Positions 1 through 13,921 of a stretch of DNA of 64,000 nt are shown here, piece after piece. Location: assembly GCF_054482525.1 (NCBI RefSeq), contig NZ_CM137006.1. One strand, 5' to 3'. How positions within the stretch are numbered: position 1 is the stretch's first letter; every line of letters starts with the position of its first letter. The position numbers were made by a program, and so were the translations under genes. Under the pieces are notes generated by a model, which was not told the origin of the DNA, made no database searches, and saw nothing but the letters and a program-made list of their open reading frames with translations.

Positions 1-342
1 CTGGATGATGAATATCTACAGGCTCGCTATATTGATGTGGACGATCTTCTGCATCGCACCCTGGTCCACCTGACCCAAACGAAAGAAGAACTCCCGCAGT
101 TTAACTCGCCAACTATTCTACTGGCGGAGAACATCTATCCCTCCACAATACTGCAACTGGATCCGGCGGTTGTAAAAGGTATCTGCCTTAGCGCCGGAAG
201 TCCGCTATCCCACAGCGCCCTGATCGCCCGTGAGCTGGGGATTGGCTGGATTTGCCTGCAGGGTGAGAAACTGTATGCGATACAACCAGAAGAAACGCTA
301 ACGCTGGACGTTAAAACGCAACGTTTCAGCCGTCAGGGTTAA
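1..342 (+). CDS. dhaM: DhaM, dihydroxyacetone kinase phosphotransferase subunit (3' partial, 5' end outside window)
   Basis: Frame open from window edge to TAA at 340-342; PEP-utilizing-enzyme-like C-terminal residues (SHSALIARELGI); lies next to treA as in K-12. Confidence 0.8.
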   Translation: MDDEYLQARYIDVDDLLHRTLVHLTQTKEELPQFNSPTILLAENIYPSTILQLDPAVVKGICLSAGSPLSHSALIARELGIGWICLQGEKLYAIQPEETLTLDVKTQRFSRQG

Positions 343-348
343 GCCACC

Positions 349-377
349 GTTCGGATGGCATCGTTCTGATGCCATCC
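349..377 (+). terminator. Hairpin downstream of dhaM (cggatggcatc / gatgccatccg), candidate terminator
   Basis: Inverted repeat directly after dhaM stop; weak T-run. Confidence 0.45.
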
Positions 378-662
378 GGCTATTTACTCTGCACGGATGA
401 TTTTTAACTACCTGTTATATTTTTTACCAAATCAGGATGATTTTTTCTGCGCTAATCGCGAACCCAACGCCGCTGGCTGGCTAATAAACAGACGTTATTT
501 GATCACTCTATTTTGCCGTTATTTATCCCTTTAATTCCCATTTCTAAAATGCCTGACAGTTCGCAGAATGAGATTTCGATCATGCAGCTAGTGCGATCCT
601 GAACTAAGGTTTTCTGATACTTGAATACCGTTTTATTCGGTTTCGCCAAAGGAGAATGATTG

Positions 663-2360
663 ATGAAATCCCCCACCCCTTCTCGCCCGCAAAAAATGGC
701 GTTAATTCCAGCCTGCATCTTTTTGTGTTTTGCTGCGCTATCGGTGCAGGCAGAAGAAACATCGGTAACGCCACAGCCGCCTGATATTTTATTAGGGCCG
801 CTGTTTAATGATGTGCAAAACGCCAAACTTTTTCCGGACCAAAAAACCTTTGCCGATGCCGTGCCGAACAGCGATCCACTGATGATCCTTGCTGATTATC
901 GGATGCAGCAAAACCAGAGCGGATTTGATCTGCGCCATTTCGTTAACGTCAATTTCACCCTGCCAAAAGAGGGCGAGAAATATGTTCCGCCAGAGGGGCA
1001 GTCACTGCGCGAACATATTGACGGACTTTGGCCGGTATTAACGCGTTCTACCGAAAACACCGAAAAATGGGATTCTCTGTTACCGCTGCCGGAACCTTAT
1101 GTCGTGCCGGGCGGACGTTTTCGCGAGGTATATTACTGGGACAGTTACTTCACCATGTTAGGACTTGCCGAAAGCGGTCACTGGGATAAAGTCGCGGATA
1201 TGGTGGCCAATTTTGCTCATGAAATAGACACTTACGGTCATATTCCCAACGGTAACCGCAGCTATTATTTGAGCCGCTCGCAGCCGCCCTTTTTTGCCTT
1301 GATGGTAGAGTTACTCGCGCAACACGAAGGTGACGACGCGTTGAAACAATATCTGCCGCAACTGCAAAAAGAGTACGCGTACTGGATGGACGGTATTGAA
1401 AACCTGCAGGCCGGACAACAGGAAAAGCGCGTTGTTAAACTCAAGGATGGCACTATTCTTAACCGCTACTGGGATGACCACGATACGCCACGTCCGGAGT
1501 CGTGGGTAGAAGATATTGCCACCGCCAAAAGCAATCCGAATCGACCTGCCACTGAAATTTACCGCGACCTGCGCTCTGCCGCTGCGTCTGGCTGGGATTT
1601 CAGCTCGCGCTGGATGGACAATCCGCAGCAGTTAAATACCTTACGCACCACCAGCATCGTACCGGTCGATCTGAACAGCCTGATGTTTAAAATGGAAAAA
1701 ATCCTCGCCCGCGCCAGCAAGGCTGCCGGAGATAACGCGATGGCAAACCAGTACGAAACGCTGGCAAATGCCCGTCAAAAAGGGATCGAAAAATACCTGT
1801 GGAACGATCAACAAGGCTGGTATGCCGATTACGACCTGAAAAGTCATAAAGTGCGCAATCAGTTAACCGCGGCCGCCCTGTTCCCGCTGTACGTCAATGC
1901 GGCAGCGAAAGATCGCGCCAGCAAAATGGCGACGGCGACGAAAACACATCTGCTGCAACCAGGCGGCCTGAACACCACGTCGGTGAAAAGTGGGCAACAA
2001 TGGGATGCGCCAAACGGCTGGGCACCGTTGCAGTGGGTCGCGACAGAAGGATTACAAAACTACGGGCAAAAAGAGGTGGCGATGGACATTAGCTGGCACT
2101 TCCTGACCAATGTTCAGCACACCTATGACCGGGAGAAAAAGTTGGTGGAAAAATATGATGTCAGCACCACCGGAACAGGGGGCGGCGGTGGCGAATATCC
2201 ATTACAGGATGGCTTTGGCTGGACCAATGGCGTGACGCTGAAAATGCTGGATTTGATCTGCCCGAAAGAGCAACCGTGTGACAATGTTCCGGCGACGCGT
2301 CCACTCAGTGAATCAACAACACAGCCGGTAAAACAAAAAGAGGCGGAACCTACGCCTTAA
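663..2360 (+). CDS. treA: Periplasmic trehalase
   Basis: 565 aa from ATG 663 (GGAG 9 nt upstream); signal peptide; near-identity to remembered K-12 TreA. Confidence 0.95.
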   Translation: MKSPTPSRPQKMALIPACIFLCFAALSVQAEETSVTPQPPDILLGPLFNDVQNAKLFPDQKTFADAVPNSDPLMILADYRMQQNQSGFDLRHFVNVNFTLPKEGEKYVPPEGQSLREHIDGLWPVLTRSTENTEKWDSLLPLPEPYVVPGGRFREVYYWDSYFTMLGLAESGHWDKVADMVANFAHEIDTYGHIPNGNRSYYLSRSQPPFFALMVELLAQHEGDDALKQYLPQLQKEYAYWMDGIENLQAGQQEKRVVKLKDGTILNRYWDDHDTPRPESWVEDIATAKSNPNRPATEIYRDLRSAAASGWDFSSRWMDNPQQLNTLRTTSIVPVDLNSLMFKMEKILARASKAAGDNAMANQYETLANARQKGIEKYLWNDQQGWYADYDLKSHKVRNQLTAAALFPLYVNAAAKDRASKMATATKTHLLQPGGLNTTSVKSGQQWDAPNGWAPLQWVATEGLQNYGQKEVAMDISWHFLTNVQHTYDREKKLVEKYDVSTTGTGGGGGEYPLQDGFGWTNGVTLKMLDLICPKEQPCDNVPATRPLSESTTQPVKQKEAEPTP

Positions 2361-2696
2361 CTTTGCTGTATATCGAGCAATGCCATTATGTGCATAAAAT
2401 TGGCATTGCTCTTTTTTCGCCACGAAATACCAAATACCACTCTTTCTACGGTCTATGCCTTTATTTTCTTTTATTAGAGAAGATTTTAATTTTATTTTAT
2501 CAACTTGTTAATCATTACACCTCTATTTATATTTTCCCCCACTCCCCATTCTCCCTGACAATTTTCTTGTGGAACAAAGTGTTATTTAAGAAACAAGCAA
2601 ATCATTCTGTCTCTTTAGACAAATTTTGACATCAAACATGATCTTTTTCGCTATATGTGTAAGTATATAGCGGTTTTAATTATCAGGATATTACTT

Positions 2697-3719
2697 ATGT
2701 CACTAACCAGACGGAGGTTTACACAGATTCTTGCGTCGACATTGTTCCTGCATCATCTGCCGTCCTTTGCACTATCAGTCAAATTCTGGGCCTCACTGAC
2801 GCTTCCCGAAGCCCAAAACATTACACGCATCGTCAGCGCAGGCGCGCCCGCCGATTTACTATTGCTGGCTGTCGCGCCAGAAAAAATGGTCGGTTTTTCC
2901 TCTTTTGATTTTGCCCGTCAGGCATTAATTCCATTGCCAGAGCACATTCGCCAGTTCCCCAGGCTGGGACGACTCGCCGGGCGCGCCAGCACACTCTCGC
3001 TGGAAGGGCTTATGGCGTTACATCCCGATTTGGTCGTTGATTGCGGCAATACGGATGAAACCTGGATCTCCCAGGCACGGCAGGTTAGCGAACAGACACA
3101 AATACCCTGGTTATTGCTTAACGGGAAACTGGCGCAATCAGCAGAACAGTTAACAACGCTTGGCAAAACGTTAGGCGAAGAGCACCGCGCCGCAGAACAA
3201 GCCAATCTCGCCAGCCGCTTCGTTGGTGAAGCTCAGGCATTCGCCACCTCACCCGCCGCTAACCTCAGCTTTTATGCTGCGCGCGGTCCTCGAGGGCTGG
3301 AAACGGGCTTACAGGGTTCGTTGCATACCGAGGCGGCGGAATTATTAGGTTTGCACAACGTCGCGCAAATAGCCGATCGCCACGGTCTGACACAGGTTTC
3401 CATGGAAAATCTCCTGCGCTGGCAGCCGGATATTATTCTGGTTCAGGAGGCCGTTACTGCAGATTTTATTCGTCGTGATCCTCTCTGGCAGGGCGTGAAA
3501 GCGGTTGCGGAACAACGCATCTTATTTTTAAGTGGCCTGCCCTTTGGCTGGCTGGATGCCCCGCCGGGAATCAACCGTCTTCTGGGATTACGCAGACTTC
3601 ACGCCTGGCTGGATCCCGCCATCAATCGCCAGTTTAAAAGTGACATGCAGAATTACGCCCAACTGTTCTGGCATTGCCCATTAAGTGACGCCAACTATCA
3701 AAAATTGGTGGCGAGCTAA
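2697..3719 (+). CDS. ABC transporter periplasmic substrate-binding protein (FecB/BtuF-like), probable Tat signal
   Basis: N-terminal LTRRRFTQIL twin-arginine-like motif; stop overlaps next start (TAATG). Confidence 0.75.
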   Translation: MSLTRRRFTQILASTLFLHHLPSFALSVKFWASLTLPEAQNITRIVSAGAPADLLLLAVAPEKMVGFSSFDFARQALIPLPEHIRQFPRLGRLAGRASTLSLEGLMALHPDLVVDCGNTDETWISQARQVSEQTQIPWLLLNGKLAQSAEQLTTLGKTLGEEHRAAEQANLASRFVGEAQAFATSPAANLSFYAARGPRGLETGLQGSLHTEAAELLGLHNVAQIADRHGLTQVSMENLLRWQPDIILVQEAVTADFIRRDPLWQGVKAVAEQRILFLSGLPFGWLDAPPGINRLLGLRRLHAWLDPAINRQFKSDMQNYAQLFWHCPLSDANYQKLVAS

Positions 3720-4699
3720 TGAGAACCGTAAACGGATGTATTTTGCTGCTGGCAGTTATCAGTATCACTTTTGCCGCCGTAAGTGGGGCTTATCATCTCG
3801 ATATACAGCAACTGCTGGCGCTCATTCTGCGTCAAGAAAATGTTCCTGTGCAGGAACAAATTGTCTTCTGGCAAATCCGCCTGCCGCGTATTCTTGCTGC
3901 GCTGTTTCTGGGCGCGGCGCTGGCAGGGGCCGGAACCACCTATCAGGGAATGTTCCGTAATCCCTTAGTGTCACCGGATATTTTAGGCGTCTCCGCCGGT
4001 GCCGGACTTGGTGCCTGCGCGGCAATCCTGTGGGGATTATCCATTGTTTACATCCAGCTGTACGCATTTTGCGGCGGGCTGATGGTGGTCGCGGGCGTCT
4101 GGTTGATTACGCGTCGGGTGACCCGCCACGATCCGATCTTAACCCTGGTGCTGGTAGGCATTGCGTTAGGAACGTTGTGCGGAGCGGGGATATCGCTAAT
4201 AAAAACGCTGGCCGATCCTTACACCCAGTTACCGTCAATTACCTTCTGGTTGCTGGGGGGGCTGTCCACCGTGACCTTACGCGATCTCTGCTATGCTGCA
4301 CCGATCATTCTCATAGGCTCCTTGCCCCTGTTTTTTCTCCGCTGGCGCATGAATTTACTCACGCTTTCCGACGACGAAGCCCGTTCGCTGGGACTGAACG
4401 TGACACGTCTGCGCTTTGGATTAATTGTCTGCGCCACACTAATCACCGCCAGCACGGTAGCAATAGCGGGCATAATTGGTTGGGTCGGCCTGGTCGTTCC
4501 GCACATTGCCCGCTTGTTGACCGGTCATAACCATCAGCAGCTGTTGCCCATGGCAATGTGTACTGGCGCGATTCTGCTCCTGCTTACCGATACGCTGGCA
4601 CGCAGCATTGGAACAACAGAAATCCCACTTGGCATTCTGACCGCTTTTGTTGGTGCACCGTTTTTCCTGTTTTTGTTGTTACGCGGAGGTCGCCATTGA
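3719..4699 (+). CDS. ABC transporter permease, FecCD family
   Basis: 326 aa polytopic membrane protein typical of iron-siderophore/cobalamin-type permeases. Confidence 0.8.
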   Translation: MRTVNGCILLLAVISITFAAVSGAYHLDIQQLLALILRQENVPVQEQIVFWQIRLPRILAALFLGAALAGAGTTYQGMFRNPLVSPDILGVSAGAGLGACAAILWGLSIVYIQLYAFCGGLMVVAGVWLITRRVTRHDPILTLVLVGIALGTLCGAGISLIKTLADPYTQLPSITFWLLGGLSTVTLRDLCYAAPIILIGSLPLFFLRWRMNLLTLSDDEARSLGLNVTRLRFGLIVCATLITASTVAIAGIIGWVGLVVPHIARLLTGHNHQQLLPMAMCTGAILLLLTDTLARSIGTTEIPLGILTAFVGAPFFLFLLLRGGRH

Positions 4700-5454
4700 C
4701 TTTGCTTGCCGTCCGTCATGCGTCTCTGGGTTACTCCCGCCATCCGGTGCTACGCGACGTGTCCTTCACCCTGTCGCAAGGAACAATTTGTTGTCTGTTA
4801 GGAGCCAATGGTTGCGGCAAAACCACACTCATGCGCTCCATTCTTGGCGTTATACCGTTATTAAAAGGCGAGATCTTACTGGATAGCCTCCCTGTGCAGA
4901 CACTCAGCCATCGCCAACGCGCGCAGGCTATTGCCTGGGTGCCGCAGGCGCACGACGGCATTTTTGCTTTTAGTGTGCTGGATATGGTGTTGATGGGCCT
5001 GGCCCCCACCATAGGCGCTTTTTCCGTTCCCGGTAAGCAAGAACGCCTGAAAGCCACGGAGCAACTGGAAAAGCTGGGCATTTTGCATCTGGCGACACGA
5101 CGCTGGAATACGCTTAGCGGCGGTGAACGTCAGCTGGCTTTAATCGCCCGTGCACTCGTCCAGCAACCGCGCTTGTTATTACTGGATGAGCCTGCCTCCA
5201 GCCTCGATTTCGGTCATCAGATCCAACTACTGGACACGCTGGCGCAGCTCAAAAATAACGGCATGACAATGCTAATGTCGACTCATCATCCGCTCCATGC
5301 CAACGCCATTGCCGACAGCATTATCCAGGTAGAGCCAGATGGACGAGTAACACAAGGCTTACCGACCGAACAGTTAACAACAAACAAACTGGCTGCCCTG
5401 TATCGGGTTTCTGCCGACCAGATTCATCATCACCTCTCTGCAATTAGCCACTAA
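4696..5454 (+). CDS. ABC transporter ATP-binding protein
   Basis: Walker A GANGCGKTT, signature LSGGERQ, Walker B LLLDEP; probable TTG start at 4696 overlapping permease stop. Confidence 0.8.
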   Translation: MTLLAVRHASLGYSRHPVLRDVSFTLSQGTICCLLGANGCGKTTLMRSILGVIPLLKGEILLDSLPVQTLSHRQRAQAIAWVPQAHDGIFAFSVLDMVLMGLAPTIGAFSVPGKQERLKATEQLEKLGILHLATRRWNTLSGGERQLALIARALVQQPRLLLLDEPASSLDFGHQIQLLDTLAQLKNNGMTMLMSTHHPLHANAIADSIIQVEPDGRVTQGLPTEQLTTNKLAALYRVSADQIHHHLSAISH

Positions 5455-5463
5455 GGAATAATC

Positions 5464-6276
5464 ATGCTCATTGATGATATTGATTTTGCGGACCTTTACC
5501 TGCAGCAACTCAAACTGGCCCACCGCACAGAAAAAACGCCGGATCACTGGGATCAACGGGCGGAAAAAATGGCGGAAAATTGCGCCTCGCCTACGGACAG
5601 CTACCTGCAACAACTGACCGCTAAAATTGATCTGCAAGGCGCGCAGACCTTATTCGATATGGGCTGCGGACCGGGTACCGTATCGCTGGCGCTGGCTGAC
5701 AAACTCACGACGATTTATGGCGTTGATTACAGTCAGGGGATGCTGAAGGTTGCCGCCCGTCGCGCCGCCGCGCTAAAGGCAGACAATGTCCACTGGATCC
5801 AGCGCGCATGGGAAGAGGACTGGAGTGACCTGCCACGCTGCGATATTGCCGTGGCTTCCCGCTCCACTCTGGTGGCTGATATTCGCCAGGCAATGAGCAA
5901 ACTGAATAATCAGGCACGGCTTCGCGTCTATACGACTCATCTGGTCAGCACCTCGTTCGTCTCTCCAGCCATTCAGCGGGCGGCTGGTCGGGAAGTGATC
6001 GAATTACCCAACTATATCTTTGCGCTCAACGTCCTGTATCAGATGGGAATTTATGCTCACGTTGATTTTATCCGTGGACAAAATTGCCAACAGGATAACA
6101 GCACCTGGGAACGTTTTGAGCAGAACGTCAGCTGGAGTCTGGGCGCGCTTAACGACGATGAGCGTGAGCGGTTATATCGCTGGTATCAACAACAAGATGC
6201 TCGTGCCCTCGCCCCTGCCAGCCGCGACTGGGCGCTCATCTGGTGGGATAGCGTACCGCAAGAGGCACTGCGATGA
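5464..6276 (+). CDS. Class I SAM-dependent methyltransferase
   Basis: SAM-binding motif DMGCGPGTVSLALA; 3' end overlaps next gene by 4 nt (ATGA). Confidence 0.7.
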   Translation: MLIDDIDFADLYLQQLKLAHRTEKTPDHWDQRAEKMAENCASPTDSYLQQLTAKIDLQGAQTLFDMGCGPGTVSLALADKLTTIYGVDYSQGMLKVAARRAAALKADNVHWIQRAWEEDWSDLPRCDIAVASRSTLVADIRQAMSKLNNQARLRVYTTHLVSTSFVSPAIQRAAGREVIELPNYIFALNVLYQMGIYAHVDFIRGQNCQQDNSTWERFEQNVSWSLGALNDDERERLYRWYQQQDARALAPASRDWALIWWDSVPQEALR

Positions 6277-7127
6277 TTTTCCTTTCTCAGGCACAAATCG
6301 ATGCGTTACTTCTGGAAGATATCCAGGGCGGTGACCTGACCACGCGAGCATTAAATATTGGACACCAGCATGGCTATATAGAGTTTTTTCACCGTCAGGG
6401 CGGCTGCGTCAGCGGAATTTCTGTCGCGTGTAAGATGTTAACTACGCTGGGATTAACTATTGATGACGCGGTCAGCGACGGTTCACAAGCGATCGCGGGT
6501 CAGCGGCTAATCCGTGCGCAGGGTAATGCCGCAGCACTTCATCAGGGATGGAAGGCAGTCCAGAATGTGCTGGAGTGGAGTTGCGGTGTTTCTGATTATC
6601 TCGCTCAAATGCTGGCGTTACTTCGTGAACGTTATCCTGATGGCAATATCGCCTGCACCCGAAAAGCAATTCCGGGCACCCGCTTACTGGCCTCGCAGGC
6701 AATTCTGGCTGCCGGAGGACTGATTCATCGTGCCGGATGTGCGGAAACCATATTATTGTTTGCCAACCACCGCCATTTTCTTCATGACAATCAGGACTGG
6801 TCAGGCGCAATCAATCAGTTACGTCGCCACGCACCCGAGAAGAAAATAGTTGTTGAAGCCGACACGCCGAAAGAGGCAATCGCCGCGTTACGCGCGCAAC
6901 CAGACGTACTTCAGCTCGACAAATTTAGTCCGCAACAGGCAACTGAAATTGCGCAAATAGCACCGTCGCTGGCTCCCCACTGCACGCTGGCTCTGACCGG
7001 CGGAATTAATCTGACAACTCTCAAAAATTACCTCGACTGCGGCATTCGCCTTTTTATTACCTCCGCGCCTTATTACGCGACACCAGCTGACATTAAAGTC
7101 AGTCTGCAACCCGCAGCCTCTATTTAA
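6273..7127 (+). CDS. modD: ModD-like protein (nicotinate-nucleotide pyrophosphorylase family)
   Basis: 284 aa; family call by pattern recognition only; translationally coupled to the methyltransferase. Confidence 0.6.
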   Translation: MIFLSQAQIDALLLEDIQGGDLTTRALNIGHQHGYIEFFHRQGGCVSGISVACKMLTTLGLTIDDAVSDGSQAIAGQRLIRAQGNAAALHQGWKAVQNVLEWSCGVSDYLAQMLALLRERYPDGNIACTRKAIPGTRLLASQAILAAGGLIHRAGCAETILLFANHRHFLHDNQDWSGAINQLRRHAPEKKIVVEADTPKEAIAALRAQPDVLQLDKFSPQQATEIAQIAPSLAPHCTLALTGGINLTTLKNYLDCGIRLFITSAPYYATPADIKVSLQPAASI

Positions 7128-7152
7128 TTCTTTGTTAAACGGAATTTATTCT

Positions 7153-9123
7153 ATGAGACTCAAAAAACGTTATCTCTGCACAGCATTATCACTTGCCTTT
7201 ACCCAGCAGGCCTTAGCGGCTCAGGAGAGTGACTCGCTGACCGTATGGTCCAGTCCGGTATCATCAACGACGACCACCGTTCTCGATCAACCCACCATGA
7301 AGGCCCTGGATAAACAGAATGTCGCTCAGGCATTAAGTGTCGTCCCCGGCGTGGTGCTGCAAAAGTCAGGTAGCCGCAACGAAGAACAGGTCAAAGTTCG
7401 TGGCTTTGATAGTCGTCAGGTGCCGGTCTATTTCGACGGTGTGCCCATTTATGTTCCCTATGACGGCAACCTCGATCTAGCGCGGATTCTGACCAACAAT
7501 TTGGGGGCAGTTGAAGTTTCCAAAGGGTATTCGTCGCTGCTTCAGGGGCCTAATCAGATGGGCGGAGCCATTAATATCACTACCCAGAAGCCAACAAAAC
7601 CTCTGGAAGCAAATCTGGGATATCGCCAGGGATGGAGCCGTAGCCAGGACAATGCCTACGATATGCATGCTTCATTTGCCGCCAGCAGCGATCTGGGGTA
7701 TTTGCAAGTCAGCGGTAGCCAGCTAAAGCAGGATTTTCTCGGCCTGCCGCATGGTGTAAATAATGATATTGCAGGCAAACACGGCAAGATGATTAATTCA
7801 TCGGCTGATGATAAACGCGGCATTGTGAAGCTCGGTTTTACACCACGCGAAAACGATGAATACACATTGACTTACATTAAGCAGGATGGTGAAAAAGATA
7901 ACCCGCCATACAGTGGAAATAGTGGTCAAAAATCACGCTACTGGCAGTGGCCAGAGTATGACAAAGAAAGTTTTTATTATCAGGGAACGACCCAACTAAA
8001 CGATCGTTTTACCCTGAAAAGTCGGCTGTATCGCGACACCTTTGAAAATACGCTGATGATGTACAACTCGCTGGCTGATTTGAAAAATAAAAAAGGCAGC
8101 TACAGCCATTATTCCGATTACAGCGACGGTGCCGGGTTACAACTGGCAGCCGATGTGCGTGAAAACGATCTGCTGTCGTTTGCCGTTAACTGGAAAGATG
8201 ACGTACACCGGGAAAAAGGTGCGCCGCACGCCGCTTACGATCGCTATGAAGATCGTACCTGGTCGCTCGCCAGTGAATATCAATGGGCTGCTGCCGATAA
8301 TGTCGATGTCGTGGCTGGAATCAGCTATGACTGGCGCGATAGCGTAGAAGCGAAAAAACATGAGAAAGATGGCAGCATCACCCATTATGACGACAACAAT
8401 CAGTCAGCTTTTAACTGGCAGGTGATGGGGAAATACCACTTTGCCAATGAAGACACGCTGGCGCTTTCGTACTATGACCGCACACGCTTTCCGACGCTGA
8501 AAGAACGCTATACCACGTCCAAACCTGCGTATAACCAGATAGCGATTGTTAACCCGCAGCTCAAACCGGAACGCGCGCGCGGGGTGGATTTAACCTGGAA
8601 TGGTGCCTTCACGCACGACTGGGGGTTTGAGGTCAGCGTTTACTATAACCGGGTGAGTGATGCCATCCTCTCGCACAATATCGATGCCGATACCATTCAA
8701 AATCAGAACAGCGGCACGGTGGATTACAGCGGTCTGGATGCCGGTATTAAGGGGAAAATCAGCAATATACTGGATGTAGGATTGAGCTACGCCCTGATCC
8801 ACGCTGATGCCAAACGCAAAGACATCGGCAAGATAACCGATCTGCCAACGCAGACAATGACCGCATGGATGACTCTCAAACCGTGGGAGCCGTTAAGCGT
8901 AACGCTGTCGGAAGAGGCGCGTTCCTCCAGCTACAGCAACAGTGACGGTTCACAAAAAGCCGCCGGTTTTGCGGTGACCCACATTCGAGCCGATTACACC
9001 TTAGGTCATGGCTTCAGCGTCAATGCGTCGGTCAATAACCTGTTTGATACCAAATATGCCTACAGTGAAGGGTTTATTGAAGAAGGTCGCAATTTCTGGG
9101 CAGGTATCGAGTATACGTTCTGA
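7153..9123 (+). CDS. TonB-dependent outer membrane receptor
   Basis: Signal peptide MRLKKRYLCTALSLAFTQQALAAQ, plug and barrel architecture, C-terminal aromatic residue (YTF). Confidence 0.85.
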   Translation: MRLKKRYLCTALSLAFTQQALAAQESDSLTVWSSPVSSTTTTVLDQPTMKALDKQNVAQALSVVPGVVLQKSGSRNEEQVKVRGFDSRQVPVYFDGVPIYVPYDGNLDLARILTNNLGAVEVSKGYSSLLQGPNQMGGAINITTQKPTKPLEANLGYRQGWSRSQDNAYDMHASFAASSDLGYLQVSGSQLKQDFLGLPHGVNNDIAGKHGKMINSSADDKRGIVKLGFTPRENDEYTLTYIKQDGEKDNPPYSGNSGQKSRYWQWPEYDKESFYYQGTTQLNDRFTLKSRLYRDTFENTLMMYNSLADLKNKKGSYSHYSDYSDGAGLQLAADVRENDLLSFAVNWKDDVHREKGAPHAAYDRYEDRTWSLASEYQWAAADNVDVVAGISYDWRDSVEAKKHEKDGSITHYDDNNQSAFNWQVMGKYHFANEDTLALSYYDRTRFPTLKERYTTSKPAYNQIAIVNPQLKPERARGVDLTWNGAFTHDWGFEVSVYYNRVSDAILSHNIDADTIQNQNSGTVDYSGLDAGIKGKISNILDVGLSYALIHADAKRKDIGKITDLPTQTMTAWMTLKPWEPLSVTLSEEARSSSYSNSDGSQKAAGFAVTHIRADYTLGHGFSVNASVNNLFDTKYAYSEGFIEEGRNFWAGIEYTF

Positions 9124-9130
9124 TGTGAAA

Positions 9131-9160
9131 GCGGATAGCGGCATCTGTATCGCTATCCGC
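9131..9160. terminator. Hairpin between convergent TonB receptor gene and ymgE
   Basis: Perfect 10 bp inverted repeat gcggatagcg / cgctatccgc. Confidence 0.5.
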
Positions 9161-9172
9161 CTTATGAAAATC

Positions 9173-9427
9173 TTATTCTCTTCGCAGGAGGCGGAATACG
9201 CCCAGCACCAGGATAGCGCCCACTACCGCCACCAGGAAGCTGTGCAGATTAAAACCACTAATGGAGCCGCCAATGCCAAACATGGTCGCCAGCCAGCCGC
9301 CGACCACCGCACCGACTATCCCGAGAATACAGGTCAGGAAAAATCCACCACCATCACGCCCCGGCATGATTAGCTTGGCGATAATGCCGGCTATCAGGCC
9401 AAAAATAATCCAGGCAATAATTCCCAT
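9173..9427 (-). CDS. ymgE: YmgE/GlsB-family small membrane protein
   Basis: 84 aa from MGIIAWIIFGL; matches remembered K-12 YmgE. Confidence 0.8.
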   Translation of the reverse strand: MGIIAWIIFGLIAGIIAKLIMPGRDGGGFFLTCILGIVGAVVGGWLATMFGIGGSISGFNLHSFLVAVVGAILVLGVFRLLRRE

Positions 9428-9566
9428 GTTCAGGCCCTCGTTTCGATGAATCGGACGCAAGAAATGCTTACGTCAACGCTCTAAGTATAGGCAAGGGCGG
9501 GATCGATGCTGGGCGTATGTCGGCTGATTTAAGAACAACATGTAAAAAATATTCACGCATTTGTAT

Positions 9567-9592
9567 TAAGTTTTGTTAACTGTGACCGATAA
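9567..9592 (+). promoter_or_regulatory. Putative sigma-28 (FliA) promoter upstream of ycgR
   Basis: TAAG-N14-ACCGATAA resembling the flagellar class 3 consensus TAAA-N15-GCCGATAA. Confidence 0.55.
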
Positions 9593-9627
9593 ACCTAAGA
9601 CAGTTTGTCAGTCAGGAGTTTTTCCGC

Positions 9628-10362
9628 GTGAGTCATTACCATGAGCAGTTCCTGAAACAAAATCCGTTAGCCGTCCTGGGCGTGTTACGCGATTTGCACA
9701 AAGCCGCAATTCCTTTGCGTATCAGTTGGAATGGCGGGCAGCTGATCAGCAAAATACTGGCAATAACCCCGGATAAACTGGTGCTGGATTTCGGCAGTCA
9801 AACCGAAGATAACAACGCTGTGTTAAAGGCGCAGCACATTACCATAACCGCCGAAACCCAGGGCGCGAAAGTCGAATTTACTGTTGAACAACTACAGCAG
9901 AGTGAATACTTGCAGCTTCCGGCATTTATTACCGTACCGCCTCCCACCTTGTGGTTTGTACAACGACGCCGATATTTCCGCATCTCCGCCCCACTCCATC
10001 CGCCTTATTTTTGCCAGACCAAACTGGCGGATAACAGTACGTTACGTTTCCGCCTGTATGATTTGTCGTTAGGCGGCATGGGCGCATTACTGGAAACAGC
10101 AAAGCCTGCCGGATTGCACGAAGGCATGCGCTTCGCTCAGATTGAAGTCAACATGGGGCAATGGGGTGTTTTTCACTTTGACGCCCAGTTAATCTCCATC
10201 AGCGAGCGCAAAGTGATTGATGGCAAGAATGAAACCATCACCACTCCCCGTCTGAGCTTCCGTTTTCTTAACGTCAGCCCGACGGTGGAGCGGCAATTAC
10301 AGCGGATTATTTTCTCTCTCGAGCGGGAAGCCCGGGAGAAAGCGGACAAAGTGCGCGACTGA
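9628..10362 (+). CDS. ycgR: Flagellar brake protein YcgR (c-di-GMP binding PilZ protein)
   Basis: 244 aa, GTG start, matches K-12 YcgR. Confidence 0.9.
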   Translation: MSHYHEQFLKQNPLAVLGVLRDLHKAAIPLRISWNGGQLISKILAITPDKLVLDFGSQTEDNNAVLKAQHITITAETQGAKVEFTVEQLQQSEYLQLPAFITVPPPTLWFVQRRRYFRISAPLHPPYFCQTKLADNSTLRFRLYDLSLGGMGALLETAKPAGLHEGMRFAQIEVNMGQWGVFHFDAQLISISERKVIDGKNETITTPRLSFRFLNVSPTVERQLQRIIFSLEREAREKADKVRD

Positions 10363-10363
10363 T

Positions 10364-11989
<1,626 letters not shown>

Positions 11990-12035
11990 AAAAATCACGC
12001 TTCAGGGCTAAGTAAAACGCTGTCTCTGCCGCTAA

Positions 12036-13820
<1,785 letters not shown>

Positions 13821-13921
13821 ATTTAATGCAGCATCTATCCCCGAATGCGATGCTTTGCAGAACGCAGCCTGAGCCTGTAATAAACTTGTCATTTCCTGAT
13901 TTTGATATGCTCATCCCAACA

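Larger units (their letters stand above)
2361..9172 (+). other. Accessory island between treA and ymgE: TonB-dependent receptor plus ABC importer plus methyltransferase plus ModD-like gene
   Basis: Six co-directional, partly overlapping genes where K-12 (from memory) has only ycgY; AT-rich 5' flank. Confidence 0.6.

Noticed and set aside
2363-2629. 88 aa ORF after treA
   Set aside because: Low-complexity AT-rich sequence with no RBS or recognisable domain; more likely the regulatory leader of the transporter operon. K-12 ycgY was not recognised here.
9008-9373. 121 aa plus-strand ORF spanning the receptor gene end and ymgE
   Set aside because: Overlaps the receptor 3' end and runs antisense through ymgE; the intergenic hairpin at 9131-9160 supports convergent termination instead.
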